From NCBI GenBank assembly GCA_963204965.1, contig CAUJKA010000218.1, forward strand, positions 17,464-81,463: a stretch of DNA of 64,000 nucleotides, read 5' to 3'. The notes below the pieces were generated by a model. The model had not been told where the DNA came from and did not search any database. It saw nothing but the letters and a program-made list of their open reading frames with translations. Source of the DNA: Planctomycetota bacterium (GTDB lineage Bacteria > Planctomycetota > Planctomycetia > Pirellulales > Pirellulaceae). Position numbers and translations under genes: made by a program. Below, piece after piece: positions 1 to 9,075 of this stretch. How positions within the stretch are numbered: position 1 is the stretch's first letter; the number at the start of each line of letters is the position of its first letter.

Positions 1-261
1 GGCGATGACACTGTTACACTGATCGATGTAGCAGCCAACGGTCAACGCATCGACATCAATACTCGCGATGGTGAAGACAAGGTCTCACTAACACGCGTCG
101 TGGCAGATCAGTTTTTTGCCAAGCTAGGGAATGGTCGCGACGAAATCCGCGTCCGCGATAGCAAGTTCCGCGTAACAAACTTGGATGGCGAGGCTGACTT
201 GGACAAGTTCTTCGATCTGCTTGGCAACGACTTTGGCACGCTGACTCTGACCAGCTTCTAG
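1..261 (+). CDS. 3' end of a CDS truncated by the window edge; acidic C-terminal tail of a probable large secreted repeat protein
   Basis: Frame +1 is open from nt 1 to TAG at 259-261 (86 codons). It is absent from the ORF track because it has no start in the window. The Asp/Gly-rich sequence (GDDTVTLIDVAANGQRIDINTRDGEDKV...LDGEADLDKFFDLLGNDF) resembles the tail of the 7079-aa protein in this window. Confidence 0.45.
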   Translation, partial: GDDTVTLIDVAANGQRIDINTRDGEDKVSLTRVVADQFFAKLGNGRDEIRVRDSKFRVTNLDGEADLDKFFDLLGNDFGTLTLTSF

Positions 262-936
262 TACCTTCGATCGTTTTTAAGCAACGAAATCTGTCTATAA
301 CCAGAACCAGGGCCTCACGCGAAGGCGCGAAGCCCGCTGGCTCTTCGTAGGGCGCGTGAAGAGGTCTCATACCACCTACTGAAATCAAGAACATTCTTGT
401 CCGAAGTTTGTTGGTCTGCACACCTTTATTCCGACCTCGCAACACGCCATTGCGCAACGGCTAATTCTGCCTCGACAGTCTTCTAACAAGGGGTTCGCTC
501 GTGATTCGCAGATGGTGCGTTCCGCATGCGGTCGTTCGGCGATTCGAACCTTTAGGTAAATCCGACTCAAACGTGATGCAACCTCAATTCGCAAATGCAC
601 GCTACACACACACTACGAAAACTGTTGGTGGACTCTAATGCCTGTATTGGTTGTTACATGGGGCGTTGAGTCGTTCTTTGCGAGTTCGAGAAATCGATTC
701 ACGGATTCCTCTTGCCTGGGTGAAGCTGCCGCATACGATTCGAGCGACGAAACTTGCGAAAAAATCTCGGGCTTGGCTGAGCCGCTACAAACGCTACAGA
801 CGGACCAACCGTTGAACCATCGAGAGAATTTTTCTAGTTCGAGTCAACTGATTGATTCCTGGCGTTGACGAAGCGGCGGGCGCTGGCATCAAGTGTATAC
901 GTAAATCTGTTTTTGGGCCCACCATTGGAGAGATCC

Positions 937-2772
937 ATGCAAACTCGCTCTTTCGCTCTATCAACGCTAGCTGCCGTAATTTTGGGCAGTCTTGCGTCCA
1001 CAGCGCAGGCTGGGCCTCTCATCGATTGGCTGTTTCGCGGCCGACAAACGCAACCTTCCTATCCGGTAGGCGCTCCAATCCCGCTGGGGAATGGCTACGC
1101 TGCAGGATACCCCGGTTACGCAGCAGGTTATCAAGGTTACCCTGGCTACGCCGCAGGTTACCCTGGTTACACAGCGGGATATCCAACAGCCGGATATGCT
1201 CAAATGCCGCCTGTTGGCCAGTATCCTGCTGCCCAATACAATCCAACTCCGTACAACCCCGTACCGCAATACCCTGCAGGGCAATATGCTGCTGGATATG
1301 CGCCTTCGAGTGGTTATGCGCCGAACGGTTATGCAGCGAACATGGGAAATTACTACGGTACACGTCTACCGGTGATTGGACCTAATGGCGCTGGCTACAC
1401 TGCGCAGATGCCGACTGGAATCGCTGCGGCCACTCTTCCGCAAGCTGCGATGCCGCCGAGTGCGTTGCCACAGACCGCATGGCCACAGCCGATGAGCTAT
1501 GTGCCGAACTACAACAGCAACGCTCTACGAGCTCCTGTGACCTACTACCGCCCATTGCTGACCACTGATCCCAACACGGGAGCTCAAGTCGTGGCCATGG
1601 CGCCGTGCACTTCTTACCAGTATTTGACTCAACGTGTTCCAGCTTTGGGTCAGACAGCACTCTACGGCAGCTATCAACCGCCGCAGCCCATGCTCCAAAC
1701 GACACCAACCTACACGTTGCCAAGCGGTGGAATACCTCTAGCGTCGGGATCGGTTGCTCCATCAACGATGGGATCGGGTGCCGTCTTGGGATACAGTCCG
1801 TATTCGACCTACCAAGTTAGTCCAACGGTTTCATCACCGGCCATTGTGGGCTCGTCCACCTATCCGACTACACCACTTGGATCGACCTATTCGGCTCAAA
1901 GCCACGCCTATCCAGCTCAGGTTTACAGCACGCCAAGCGGCGGGTCGACCGGCTCGTATTCACAGCCAATCCCTGGACTGGTCGCTCCACCGTCGCAAAG
2001 CTACCCTTCGTCTCCATCGAACATTAATCCATCGACCACAGCACCTGGATCGGTGATGCCGCCACCAGCAACTGGATCGAACTTTGATCCGGCCAACACT
2101 CCGCCAAGCTTGCCATTGAACAGTACACTTCGACCACGACTACAAAGCATCGTTCCAGAGGTTTCGTCGTCGCCATCGGGAGCCGAGTCGGCCCAGAAGT
2201 CGTCGGCTATCGAGCGTTCGTTGTTAAGCGAACCAACCAAGGACTTTCCTGTGACCAACCCAATCCCTGCACCAGAGGGAATGGAGAAACCCAGTTGGTC
2301 GCCAGGTTTGCTTCGCAATGAAGACATGACAGCTCTTCGACCTGCTGCTCGCCGAAACGAACTTGCAGGACAATCTAAGAAGATTCATTGGGCCAGCTTT
2401 GAACAAGATCTGAAGCTCAGCGATTCATCCAATAGTCAGCCTAAGCCGATGCAGTCTCAACCTCAATCGTCGTCGCCGATGCCATCGACCGCGCGTCCAA
2501 GTCAAGTAGAACAGCCAGTGCGTCAAACGCTAAGGCCAAGCACATCTAGCCTGGAATTAGGCGAACCACCAGTTGGTTCGCAAGAATCGCAAGTTAAGCA
2601 ACAGGTTCCGGCTAAGCAAGGAACGCCCATTGAGCAGAGGGCAACAGAGCAGCGGCCAACTGACCAGCGGCCAACTATGGTTCCACTGCGACCAAGTCCA
2701 GTTGGCCAGCCTGCTGCTAAGCCTTCGACTGGCACGTACGACAATAACGGCTGGACAGCAACGCGAAAGTAG
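937..2772 (+). CDS. Secreted Tyr/Gly/Pro/Ser-rich low-complexity protein (hypothetical)
   Basis: Track ORF 865..2772. I place the start at ATG 937 because GGAGAG lies just upstream and it exposes a signal-peptide-like MQTRSFALSTLAAVILGSLASTAQA. This is followed by GYAAGYPGY-type repeats and a long P/S/T/Q-rich region. No catalytic motif was recognised. Confidence 0.6.
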   Translation: MQTRSFALSTLAAVILGSLASTAQAGPLIDWLFRGRQTQPSYPVGAPIPLGNGYAAGYPGYAAGYQGYPGYAAGYPGYTAGYPTAGYAQMPPVGQYPAAQYNPTPYNPVPQYPAGQYAAGYAPSSGYAPNGYAANMGNYYGTRLPVIGPNGAGYTAQMPTGIAAATLPQAAMPPSALPQTAWPQPMSYVPNYNSNALRAPVTYYRPLLTTDPNTGAQVVAMAPCTSYQYLTQRVPALGQTALYGSYQPPQPMLQTTPTYTLPSGGIPLASGSVAPSTMGSGAVLGYSPYSTYQVSPTVSSPAIVGSSTYPTTPLGSTYSAQSHAYPAQVYSTPSGGSTGSYSQPIPGLVAPPSQSYPSSPSNINPSTTAPGSVMPPPATGSNFDPANTPPSLPLNSTLRPRLQSIVPEVSSSPSGAESAQKSSAIERSLLSEPTKDFPVTNPIPAPEGMEKPSWSPGLLRNEDMTALRPAARRNELAGQSKKIHWASFEQDLKLSDSSNSQPKPMQSQPQSSSPMPSTARPSQVEQPVRQTLRPSTSSLELGEPPVGSQESQVKQQVPAKQGTPIEQRATEQRPTDQRPTMVPLRPSPVGQPAAKPSTGTYDNNGWTATRK

Positions 2773-2884
2773 TTGTCCCTTGCCTCTAACCGATCGTGAA
2801 GACGGCAACCACATGAACCGCTGTCGCTATTTTTTGACGTTGCGCTATTCGGTTTTAGGGGTGAAGCCCTGTTCGTTTACCTAG

Positions 2885-2903
2885 CCCAGCCTGCAGGGCT
2901 GGG
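2885..2903. terminator. Short GC hairpin between convergent genes (possible bidirectional terminator)
   Basis: CCCAGCC-tgcag-GGCTGGG is a perfect 7-bp stem with a 5-nt loop. It sits between the stop of 937..2772 (+) and the stop of 2989..4035 (-). There is no clear U-run on either side. Confidence 0.25.
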
Positions 2904-2988
2904 TACTTCATGCGCGAGAAAAACAATGGACCAACGGCCCGAAATCCCAAAAACACTGCAACATCAAGACTAGCGACTGAGGTTCTAC

Positions 2989-4035
2989 CTAGCCGCCGTT
3001 CAGTTCTTGAAGCGTCTTCTCCATGGCCTCGGCAAGGACTTGCACGTTGGGTTCATGGATCACTGTCAAGTGATTGCCGGGGACGACGTGAAGTCGAGCG
3101 TCCGAGCACAATTGACTCCACTCCGAGAATGGCTGGCGGCGCGATGGCACAAGCTGTTCTGCTGCTTGATACAAATCCAAACGACCCGCGTAAGGTTTGG
3201 GACTGTAGTAGCAAACAGCTCGAACATTGCTTTGGAACAGTTCCATGATCCGAATGGCCACTTCATCGTCGGCCTCATCGGGGATCAACTTTGCTTCTGA
3301 GCTTAACTTGCGAAAGTCAACGATGTTCTGTTGCGCCGAACGGCCCATCATGGCCAAGACGCCAGCTCCTTCTGTAGGAGCCATCGCTTTGACAATTCCC
3401 ATCGTGTACAGCACACCGCTATCGATGATTCCGAGGTAGTCTACCTTCTCACCAGCGGCCGTAAGTTTTTGTGCGACTTCGTAGGCGATGACGCCGCCGG
3501 CGGACCAACCTGCGATATGGTAGGGACCATGCGGCTGGCGTTGACGAATTGCACTGCAATACTCTTCTGCCATTTCACTGATCGAGATCAGCGGCTGTCG
3601 GATGCCATCAACGCCTGGAGCTTGCAAGCCGTAGAATGGCTGATCTTCGCCGAGATACTTAGACAGTCGAATGTAACAAAGTACGTTGCCGCCACCGGGG
3701 TGAATGCAAAACAAAGGTGGCTTGCTGCCGTGTGCTTGAATGGGTACTAACGCGGACCATTGCGTAGGATCAGAGCTGGCGGTTAAAAGTTCGGCCATCT
3801 GTGCGATTGTCGGTGCTTGGAAAACGCCACCCGCTGGCAGTGGGCAACCGGTTTCTTGGGCGACTAATGCCAGTAGCGACATCGCGCTAATCGAATCACC
3901 ACCCAGTTTGAAGAAGTCGTCGCTCATGCTGATGGGCGAAACCGACAGGAGCTTTTCCCAAATCTGCTGTAGCTTAAGTTCAAGAGAGTTGCGTGGCGCT
4001 ATCAACGAGGGCTCGGGATCGAGTTCGGATGCCAT
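2989..4035 (-). CDS. Stand-alone carrier protein (PCP-type) fused to a type-I thioesterase domain
   Basis: The phosphopantetheine attachment motif FFKLGGDSISAMSLLA has its Ser codon at 3892-3894. The C-terminal alpha/beta-hydrolase TE has PLFCIHPGGG and the nucleophile elbow GWSAGG (Ser codon 3502-3504). The track ORF begins at TTG 4059; I prefer ATG 4035 (MASELDP...). Confidence 0.85.
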   Translation of the reverse strand: MASELDPEPSLIAPRNSLELKLQQIWEKLLSVSPISMSDDFFKLGGDSISAMSLLALVAQETGCPLPAGGVFQAPTIAQMAELLTASSDPTQWSALVPIQAHGSKPPLFCIHPGGGNVLCYIRLSKYLGEDQPFYGLQAPGVDGIRQPLISISEMAEEYCSAIRQRQPHGPYHIAGWSAGGVIAYEVAQKLTAAGEKVDYLGIIDSGVLYTMGIVKAMAPTEGAGVLAMMGRSAQQNIVDFRKLSSEAKLIPDEADDEVAIRIMELFQSNVRAVCYYSPKPYAGRLDLYQAAEQLVPSRRQPFSEWSQLCSDARLHVVPGNHLTVIHEPNVQVLAEAMEKTLQELNGG

Positions 4036-4377
4036 AGGGCTTTGACCTTGAAGGGGCAACGAGGTATCGCGCGGACGGATACGTAGGATTGGGCAAACTC
4101 ACGCCCAAAGTGATGTCCTTTGCGAGCAAGCATATAGGCTAAATGCTGGCAGCGACATGTTAAAGTCAAAAAACGCCCCTTTTTCGCAGAGTTTGCCGCT
4201 TGTTGCGCGGACCTGGAAAAATTGCGGGATTTGGCGGGCTATTACTCCCGCGTTCAGACGTCATATGTGGTGGAAAACCGACGAAGCGAGTGACACGCCA
4301 AAATGCCCCAGAGCTGCCTGAAAGTGTCCAGCAAACACGCTGATCGCAGTCGCGTTTTTCCGCTCTACGTTTTCGTT

Positions 4378-5394
4378 CTAAATTCGGACGATGCAGGCAT
4401 TCCAGGACAGCCCTACTCCGAACCCAACCAGCCCCAACCTCTGTCCAGGCTGGATCTTGCCGTAGTTTTGATACGATTCGATGGCCAATGGAATCGAGGC
4501 TGAAACGGTATTGCCAACTTGCTCCATCGCGTAAACCATCTTTGATTCTGGAACGCCGCAGCATCGTACTAGGTTTTCTAACATGAATCGATTGGCTTGA
4601 TGAAAGACCCACCAATCGACCGACTCCAATGAGAGCTTAGCTTCAGCCAGCAACCGCTTAATAGCCGCAGGAACGGTATTTAGCGCGAAGGAGAAGATAG
4701 CTTGCCCATCCATGTAGAGATCGTTCTGACTACGAACGCTACCGCTGGCATCGCGAACCTCTAACATTGTTTCAGCACTTCGTGGCATTCGAAACGCGCC
4801 GGCGGGTACAGTCAAGCATTGTGACATCGATCCATCGGTCCCCGTCACAAACGGACCAATTTGATCCTCCCCAAGATCGCTTCGGCCGATAATTGTTGCC
4901 GCAGCTCCGTCGCCAAACAAAGCTCGCACTGTTCGATCTTGTGGATGGATAAACTTCGAATAGGTATCCGCTGTGATCAGCAGAACGTTTCTTGCTGCGC
5001 CAGTTTCTACGAGAGCTTTGGCCAATTGCAAACCGCAGACGTAACCGCTACAACCCAAGCGATAATCAAACGCTCCGATGTGCTTACCAAGACCCAGCCG
5101 ATGTTGCAGAATGCAAGCGTCCGAAGGCAAGAAGTGATCTGGCGTTTGCGTCCCCACAATCAAATAGTCAATCTCGCCGGTCGGTACGATCTGTTTGGCC
5201 AGCAGTGCAGCCGCAGCCGCGTACCCTAAGTCACTCGCCGTTTCATCGACGGCGGCGATGTGTCGAGCGACGATTCCGGTCTTGCCAGCGATACGACTCA
5301 TGTCCCACTCGGGATTCTCTCTGGCGAGATCCTCGTTGGTCTCAACTTTGGCAGGAAGATAGCCTTGGATGCCTAGAATCTTAGCCGAAAACAT
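4378..5394 (-). CDS. 3-oxoacyl-(carrier protein) synthase III family (FabH-like KAS III / thiolase-fold condensing enzyme or acyltransferase)
   Basis: 338 aa, with the Cys-His-Asn triad context of KAS III: LGCSGYVCGL, WVFHQANRFM, VGNTVSASIP. Also carries DLYMDGQAIFSFA, typical of FabH-like proteins. Confidence 0.9.
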   Translation of the reverse strand: MFSAKILGIQGYLPAKVETNEDLARENPEWDMSRIAGKTGIVARHIAAVDETASDLGYAAAAALLAKQIVPTGEIDYLIVGTQTPDHFLPSDACILQHRLGLGKHIGAFDYRLGCSGYVCGLQLAKALVETGAARNVLLITADTYSKFIHPQDRTVRALFGDGAAATIIGRSDLGEDQIGPFVTGTDGSMSQCLTVPAGAFRMPRSAETMLEVRDASGSVRSQNDLYMDGQAIFSFALNTVPAAIKRLLAEAKLSLESVDWWVFHQANRFMLENLVRCCGVPESKMVYAMEQVGNTVSASIPLAIESYQNYGKIQPGQRLGLVGFGVGLSWNACIVRI

Positions 5395-5411
5395 TTAGCA
5401 AATCTCTTTCG

Positions 5412-6287
5412 TTAACCACCGACCGATTTACGAAGCACAAAGTCCATCCAACTTGTCGGCAGAATGTTATTAGCCAGAAAAGCGGCCCGCGTTCGCCAGC
5501 CGACTCGATAGTAGGGCCTAGGACGACGATGGTTGAGCGCATGCAAGACCGATCGAACGACCACTTCTGTAGCCAGCCCTGCTCGCTTATAAGACAAGCT
5601 TTGTCGTCGGGTGTTGCGCAACATCGACGCGTACAGTTGCTCTGCCTGGCCGTCGTCCTGGCTTTTCGACGGCTCCATGTTGCTACACGCTTTATCCCAA
5701 ATCGCCGTTGAGACACTATCCGGTTGAACTACAGAAACATCAATGTTCCAAGGAGACAATTCGCATCGCCATGCTTCTCCGAACGCCTCTAGCGCATGCT
5801 TCGAAGCTGCGTAGGCTCCAAAAAATGGCGGCGTAATGCGGCCGCTAATCGAACTGATCAACACCAATCGAGCTGACTGATTTTTGTTAGCCGCTTTCCG
5901 CAACAATGGTATCAATCGCTGAGTGAGTCGATGTGTACCAAAGACATTGACTTCGAACTGCTGTTGAAGCTGTTCTTGAGTAATCAACTCCAGCGGACCA
6001 GGAATCAAGATTCCCGCATTGTTGACCAAGGCATTTAGCCCGCGGTTTTGCGTTAGTTGTTCAATTGAATCGCAAGCAGTCTTTACCGACTCTTGGGAAG
6101 CGATATCGAGAATAATCGGAGTAAGATTCGCGGGTTGTTCCTGCAGCAACGACTTAGCATCCTCGTCGCGACGCACACCGGCGATCACATTCCAGCCAGA
6201 CTTAGCGAGTTCAATAGCGCTCATCCGACCAATGCCGGACGAACAACCTGTGACAACGACAGACTTACTGGGGCTCGACGCGTTCAT
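5412..6287 (-). CDS. Classical short-chain dehydrogenase/reductase (putative ketoreductase)
   Basis: Carries VVVTGCSSGIGR (TGxxxGIG cofactor loop), NNAG, and the catalytic YAASKHALEAF (YxxxK). Its ATG overlaps the upstream sulfotransferase stop as ATGA (6284-6287). Confidence 0.9.
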   Translation of the reverse strand: MNASSPSKSVVVTGCSSGIGRMSAIELAKSGWNVIAGVRRDEDAKSLLQEQPANLTPIILDIASQESVKTACDSIEQLTQNRGLNALVNNAGILIPGPLELITQEQLQQQFEVNVFGTHRLTQRLIPLLRKAANKNQSARLVLISSISGRITPPFFGAYAASKHALEAFGEAWRCELSPWNIDVSVVQPDSVSTAIWDKACSNMEPSKSQDDGQAEQLYASMLRNTRRQSLSYKRAGLATEVVVRSVLHALNHRRPRPYYRVGWRTRAAFLANNILPTSWMDFVLRKSVGG

Positions 6288-7492
6288 GTTGAGGCCTCGG
6301 TCGAATACCCATAGCGATCAAAATAGGCTCGCCAGCGAGTCACGATGGCCTCGCGCTGAGCGTCGGTGAGCTGGTGACGATTCTTTTCGTAGTTTTTGTG
6401 ATTAGCCGCGTATCGATTCCAAGCTTCACGAACCTCCGCGTTGATTGGCAATTGAAGGTGAGCGTACGTCTGCTCCAGTGCCGCGACAGGATCGGCTACC
6501 AAGCTCTCATAGCTCAACTGGTAAAGCTGCTCAGGAGGAATCGAGCGACTGTCATGATCGTAGGCTTCAAACATCTCGACGAAAGTTTGCAGGACCTCCT
6601 CTTCCAAGTGCTCGTACTTGGGAACTTGAAGAGCCTGATGCCAGTACATACGTTTCCAAGTGTGTACGGTGGACGGAAAGAGCACGAAAGGATCGCGACT
6701 GATGTGAATGAACTTGGCGTTGGGAAACTGCTCAAGAATGGCGGCGACGCGGAATGTGTGCAGCGGAGTCTTCAGCACGATGCGTTTGGGGTCGCGAATC
6801 GTCAAACACTTCATGAGCCACAACAGACCCTGCTGCCACTTACGTCGCTCGTCCGCAGGAAGAGTCTGCAAAGTTTGATAGTCGTGATCCACCATCGTTA
6901 GATTAGGAAACATGACTTTGAAATAGGGCGATGGCAGGCCCATGTTGCACAGTGCCCATTCGTCCTCTTGCGGCAGGTTCCAGCCAATCTTCATGTTGTC
7001 CATGGGCCGTTGCTTGGGCAAAAAGAACGTGACCAGGATCTTTAACCACGATTCGCTGATTAAGAAATGGTTCGGACAGAAGCAGGCATAGGTGTTGGGA
7101 AAAGTGAACGATTGGTCCAGCACAAGCAATTCATGTAGAAGCGTTGTTCCTGATCTCCAGTGACCCAGTACAAAAATTGGGGCAGCAGTTAATTCGGTCT
7201 TGGCAATCCGCCGCGAATAGAACAACCGCTGCAGTAGTGCCATCGCAGAATTCAAAACGCTCATACCGCCCAGAATTGTCGCCATGGGAGCCCTGGTGGG
7301 CGAAACGCGGAACTTGTGTCGCGACAGTGCATTCCACCAGCTCGACGCCGACATCCCGCTCCAGGCCCTCATATGCCATGGGCGATCTTTGCCCCCGGTC
7401 ACTTTGGGGCCTTGGTCTTTACGATTGGCATCAGACATTGAATGGGGGCTCGAGGCTCGCAGAATAGTTCCGAAGAGTGGGAGGTCAAACAA
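6284..7492 (-). CDS. PAPS-dependent sulfotransferase family protein
   Basis: A 5'-PSB-like loop GHWRSGTTLLHELL lies at about 7139-7172, and a 3'-PB-like HISRDPFVLFPS lies further on. The track start is TTG 7492; an alternative is ATG 7438 (MSDANRK...). Confidence 0.8.
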   Translation of the reverse strand: MFDLPLFGTILRASSPHSMSDANRKDQGPKVTGGKDRPWHMRAWSGMSASSWWNALSRHKFRVSPTRAPMATILGGMSVLNSAMALLQRLFYSRRIAKTELTAAPIFVLGHWRSGTTLLHELLVLDQSFTFPNTYACFCPNHFLISESWLKILVTFFLPKQRPMDNMKIGWNLPQEDEWALCNMGLPSPYFKVMFPNLTMVDHDYQTLQTLPADERRKWQQGLLWLMKCLTIRDPKRIVLKTPLHTFRVAAILEQFPNAKFIHISRDPFVLFPSTVHTWKRMYWHQALQVPKYEHLEEEVLQTFVEMFEAYDHDSRSIPPEQLYQLSYESLVADPVAALEQTYAHLQLPINAEVREAWNRYAANHKNYEKNRHQLTDAQREAIVTRWRAYFDRYGYSTEAST

Positions 7493-7914
7493 TGGGTAGT
7501 TTACCGCAAATTCAGAATAACCGAATAACCAACTGCCAGAGGTTGATTCAAATCCCTCCGAGAATCGGTTATTTGCAACGATTTGCCGACCCTACGGCAA
7601 TTGACAGTGACTTTAACGATTCGGACGTAGCTCTGAAGCAGTGCTCGTGAAATGTAGCTCTTAGGGAGCAGGCCGAACCTCGATCGAGCACCGACTGAAC
7701 ACCCGCGGGCAGTGGCAGCGTAATTGCTATAATCAGTCGCATAACGCCCGAAGAAGTTTTAGTTGGACTATCGTGATCGCCATTTCCCATGCCTCTCCCG
7801 CTCAATTGCCACGACATTTCCATCGTGCATGGAAGACGGGCCAAGGGCGGAGTTTCAGGTCGATCGCATCCTTGATGTTTTGGCGATGAATTTTCCACGC
7901 AAGCGGGTTGAGTA

Positions 7915-9075
7915 ATGCTTTCGCGAATTGTTGTGATCGTGGTAGTCGTAGCGGCACTTTTGGCGGGACTTTTGTACAGCCAGCGCAAGCCCAGTTCTGT
8001 TCAGGTCTCTGGGTTCATCGAGGCCGACGACATACACCTTGGATCGAGAGTCGGTGGGCGTGTGAAGTCGGTCTTAGTTCGTGAAGGGCAGCGAGTTCAA
8101 GCTGGCGACGTGCTGGTAGAGCTGGAGCCGCATGATCTCCAGGCCCGACTGAATGAAGCTGAAGCCAAACTTGCCGCGCAGAAGGCCAATGTCGATCGAC
8201 TGGAGGCTGGTTTGCTTCCGGAAGAAGTTGCGCAAGTTCAAGCAAGAATGGATCGGCTGTCATCCAAAGTCGAAATGCTGGTCGCAGGTGCTCGTCCTGA
8301 AGAGATCGAGACCGCTAGAGCTTGGCTAACTCTGGCCGAGGCTCAGGCGGATCGAGCTAAGAAGACGCATGCCCGCGCCATGGATCTATTCAATCGCGAT
8401 GCGCGAACCATTACTCGTGAGGATGTTGACAAAGCCATCGAAGATCTGCACGTGGCCGAGTCTACGATTCAAGCAAGGCAGGAGCAACTTCAGTTGCTCA
8501 CAAAGGGGACTCGTGAAGAAGAAGTTGCCGCCGCGCGCGCTGAACTAGCTGAAGCTAAAGCAGCGCTCGATTTAGCTAAGAAAGGGTACCGCAAAGAAGA
8601 GCTTCAACAGGCTCAAGCAGAAATGCGTGCCACAGAAGCAGCCTTGGCAGCAATTCAAGTTCAAATGCATGAACTCAAAATCGTCGCCAATATCGCAGGA
8701 ACGGTCGACGCCCTCGAGCTTCAGCCGGGTGATTTGGTGGCGCCCAATTCGCCGGTGCTAACTTTGCTGGACTTGGAAAATCTGTGGCTGCGAGCCTACA
8801 TCCCCGAAGACCAACTTTCCTGGCAGCCAGGCGATACTGTTGAGGTATCCGTCGATGGATTCCCCAATCAACGCATTCAAGGCACGATCAGCTTCATTGC
8901 TGGCCAAGGTGAATTCACGCCTCGCAACGTTCAGACTCCCGAAGAGCGAGCGAAACAAGTCTTCCGCATCAAAGTCAAACTGCCCAACCAAGCGGGGTTG
9001 CGAGTGGGAATGGGCGCGGACCTTTGGCTTCCGCCTGCACGGGAAAAGAGAGCGACAGCCGGAGACGGACAATGA
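7915..9075 (+). CDS. HlyD-family periplasmic adaptor / membrane fusion protein (YbhG/DevB-like)
   Basis: It has an N-terminal TM helix (IVVIVVVVAALLAGLLY), a barrel-sandwich lipoyl-like motif (VREGQRVQAGDVLVELE), a long Ala/Glu-rich coiled coil, and a C-terminal beta-barrel. Its stop overlaps the next start as ATGA (9072-9075). Confidence 0.85.
   Translation: MLSRIVVIVVVVAALLAGLLYSQRKPSSVQVSGFIEADDIHLGSRVGGRVKSVLVREGQRVQAGDVLVELEPHDLQARLNEAEAKLAAQKANVDRLEAGLLPEEVAQVQARMDRLSSKVEMLVAGARPEEIETARAWLTLAEAQADRAKKTHARAMDLFNRDARTITREDVDKAIEDLHVAESTIQARQEQLQLLTKGTREEEVAAARAELAEAKAALDLAKKGYRKEELQQAQAEMRATEAALAAIQVQMHELKIVANIAGTVDALELQPGDLVAPNSPVLTLLDLENLWLRAYIPEDQLSWQPGDTVEVSVDGFPNQRIQGTISFIAGQGEFTPRNVQTPEERAKQVFRIKVKLPNQAGLRVGMGADLWLPPAREKRATAGDGQ

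Noticed and set aside
491-560. A GGTTCGAATC-like sequence on the minus strand (complement of 541-553) resembling a tRNA T-arm, and GGTTGATTCAAATCCCTCC at 7541-7559
   Set aside because: The flanking bases do not form the 5-bp T-stem: AAAGG versus CGCCG in the first case, and a 12-nt loop in the second. I could not fold an acceptor, D-arm or anticodon arm, so I do not call a tRNA.
56-609. Minus-strand ORFs 56..457 (133 aa) and 385..609 (74 aa)
   Set aside because: The first overlaps the open plus-strand C-terminal CDS fragment (1..261) and runs through a GC-rich palindromic repeat. Both are Arg/Cys-rich with no motif or RBS.
852-1385. Overlapping ORFs 852..1385 (+), 1091..1375 (+), 967..1284 (-) and 1019..1363 (-)
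   Set aside because: They are alternative frames of the Tyr/Gly/Pro repeat block. Only the 937..2772 frame has a signal peptide and continues for 1.8 kb.
4166-4615. A 149-aa minus-strand ORF overlapping the 3' end of the KAS-III gene and the 318-nt gap before the carrier-TE gene
   Set aside because: It is out of frame with, and overlaps, a well-supported CDS, and its product is Arg/Ser-rich with no motif. The gap more likely holds an internal promoter or UTR.
7728-7733. A TATAAT hexamer about 185 nt upstream of the HlyD start
   Set aside because: There is no TTGACA-like -35 element at 16-18 nt, and planctomycete promoter consensus is poorly defined. The evidence is too weak to call a promoter.
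7569-8037. Minus-strand ORFs 7569..7988 and 7855..8037 in the ST/HlyD divergent region
   Set aside because: They overlap the well-supported HlyD start and its TM helix in antisense, and they show no motif.
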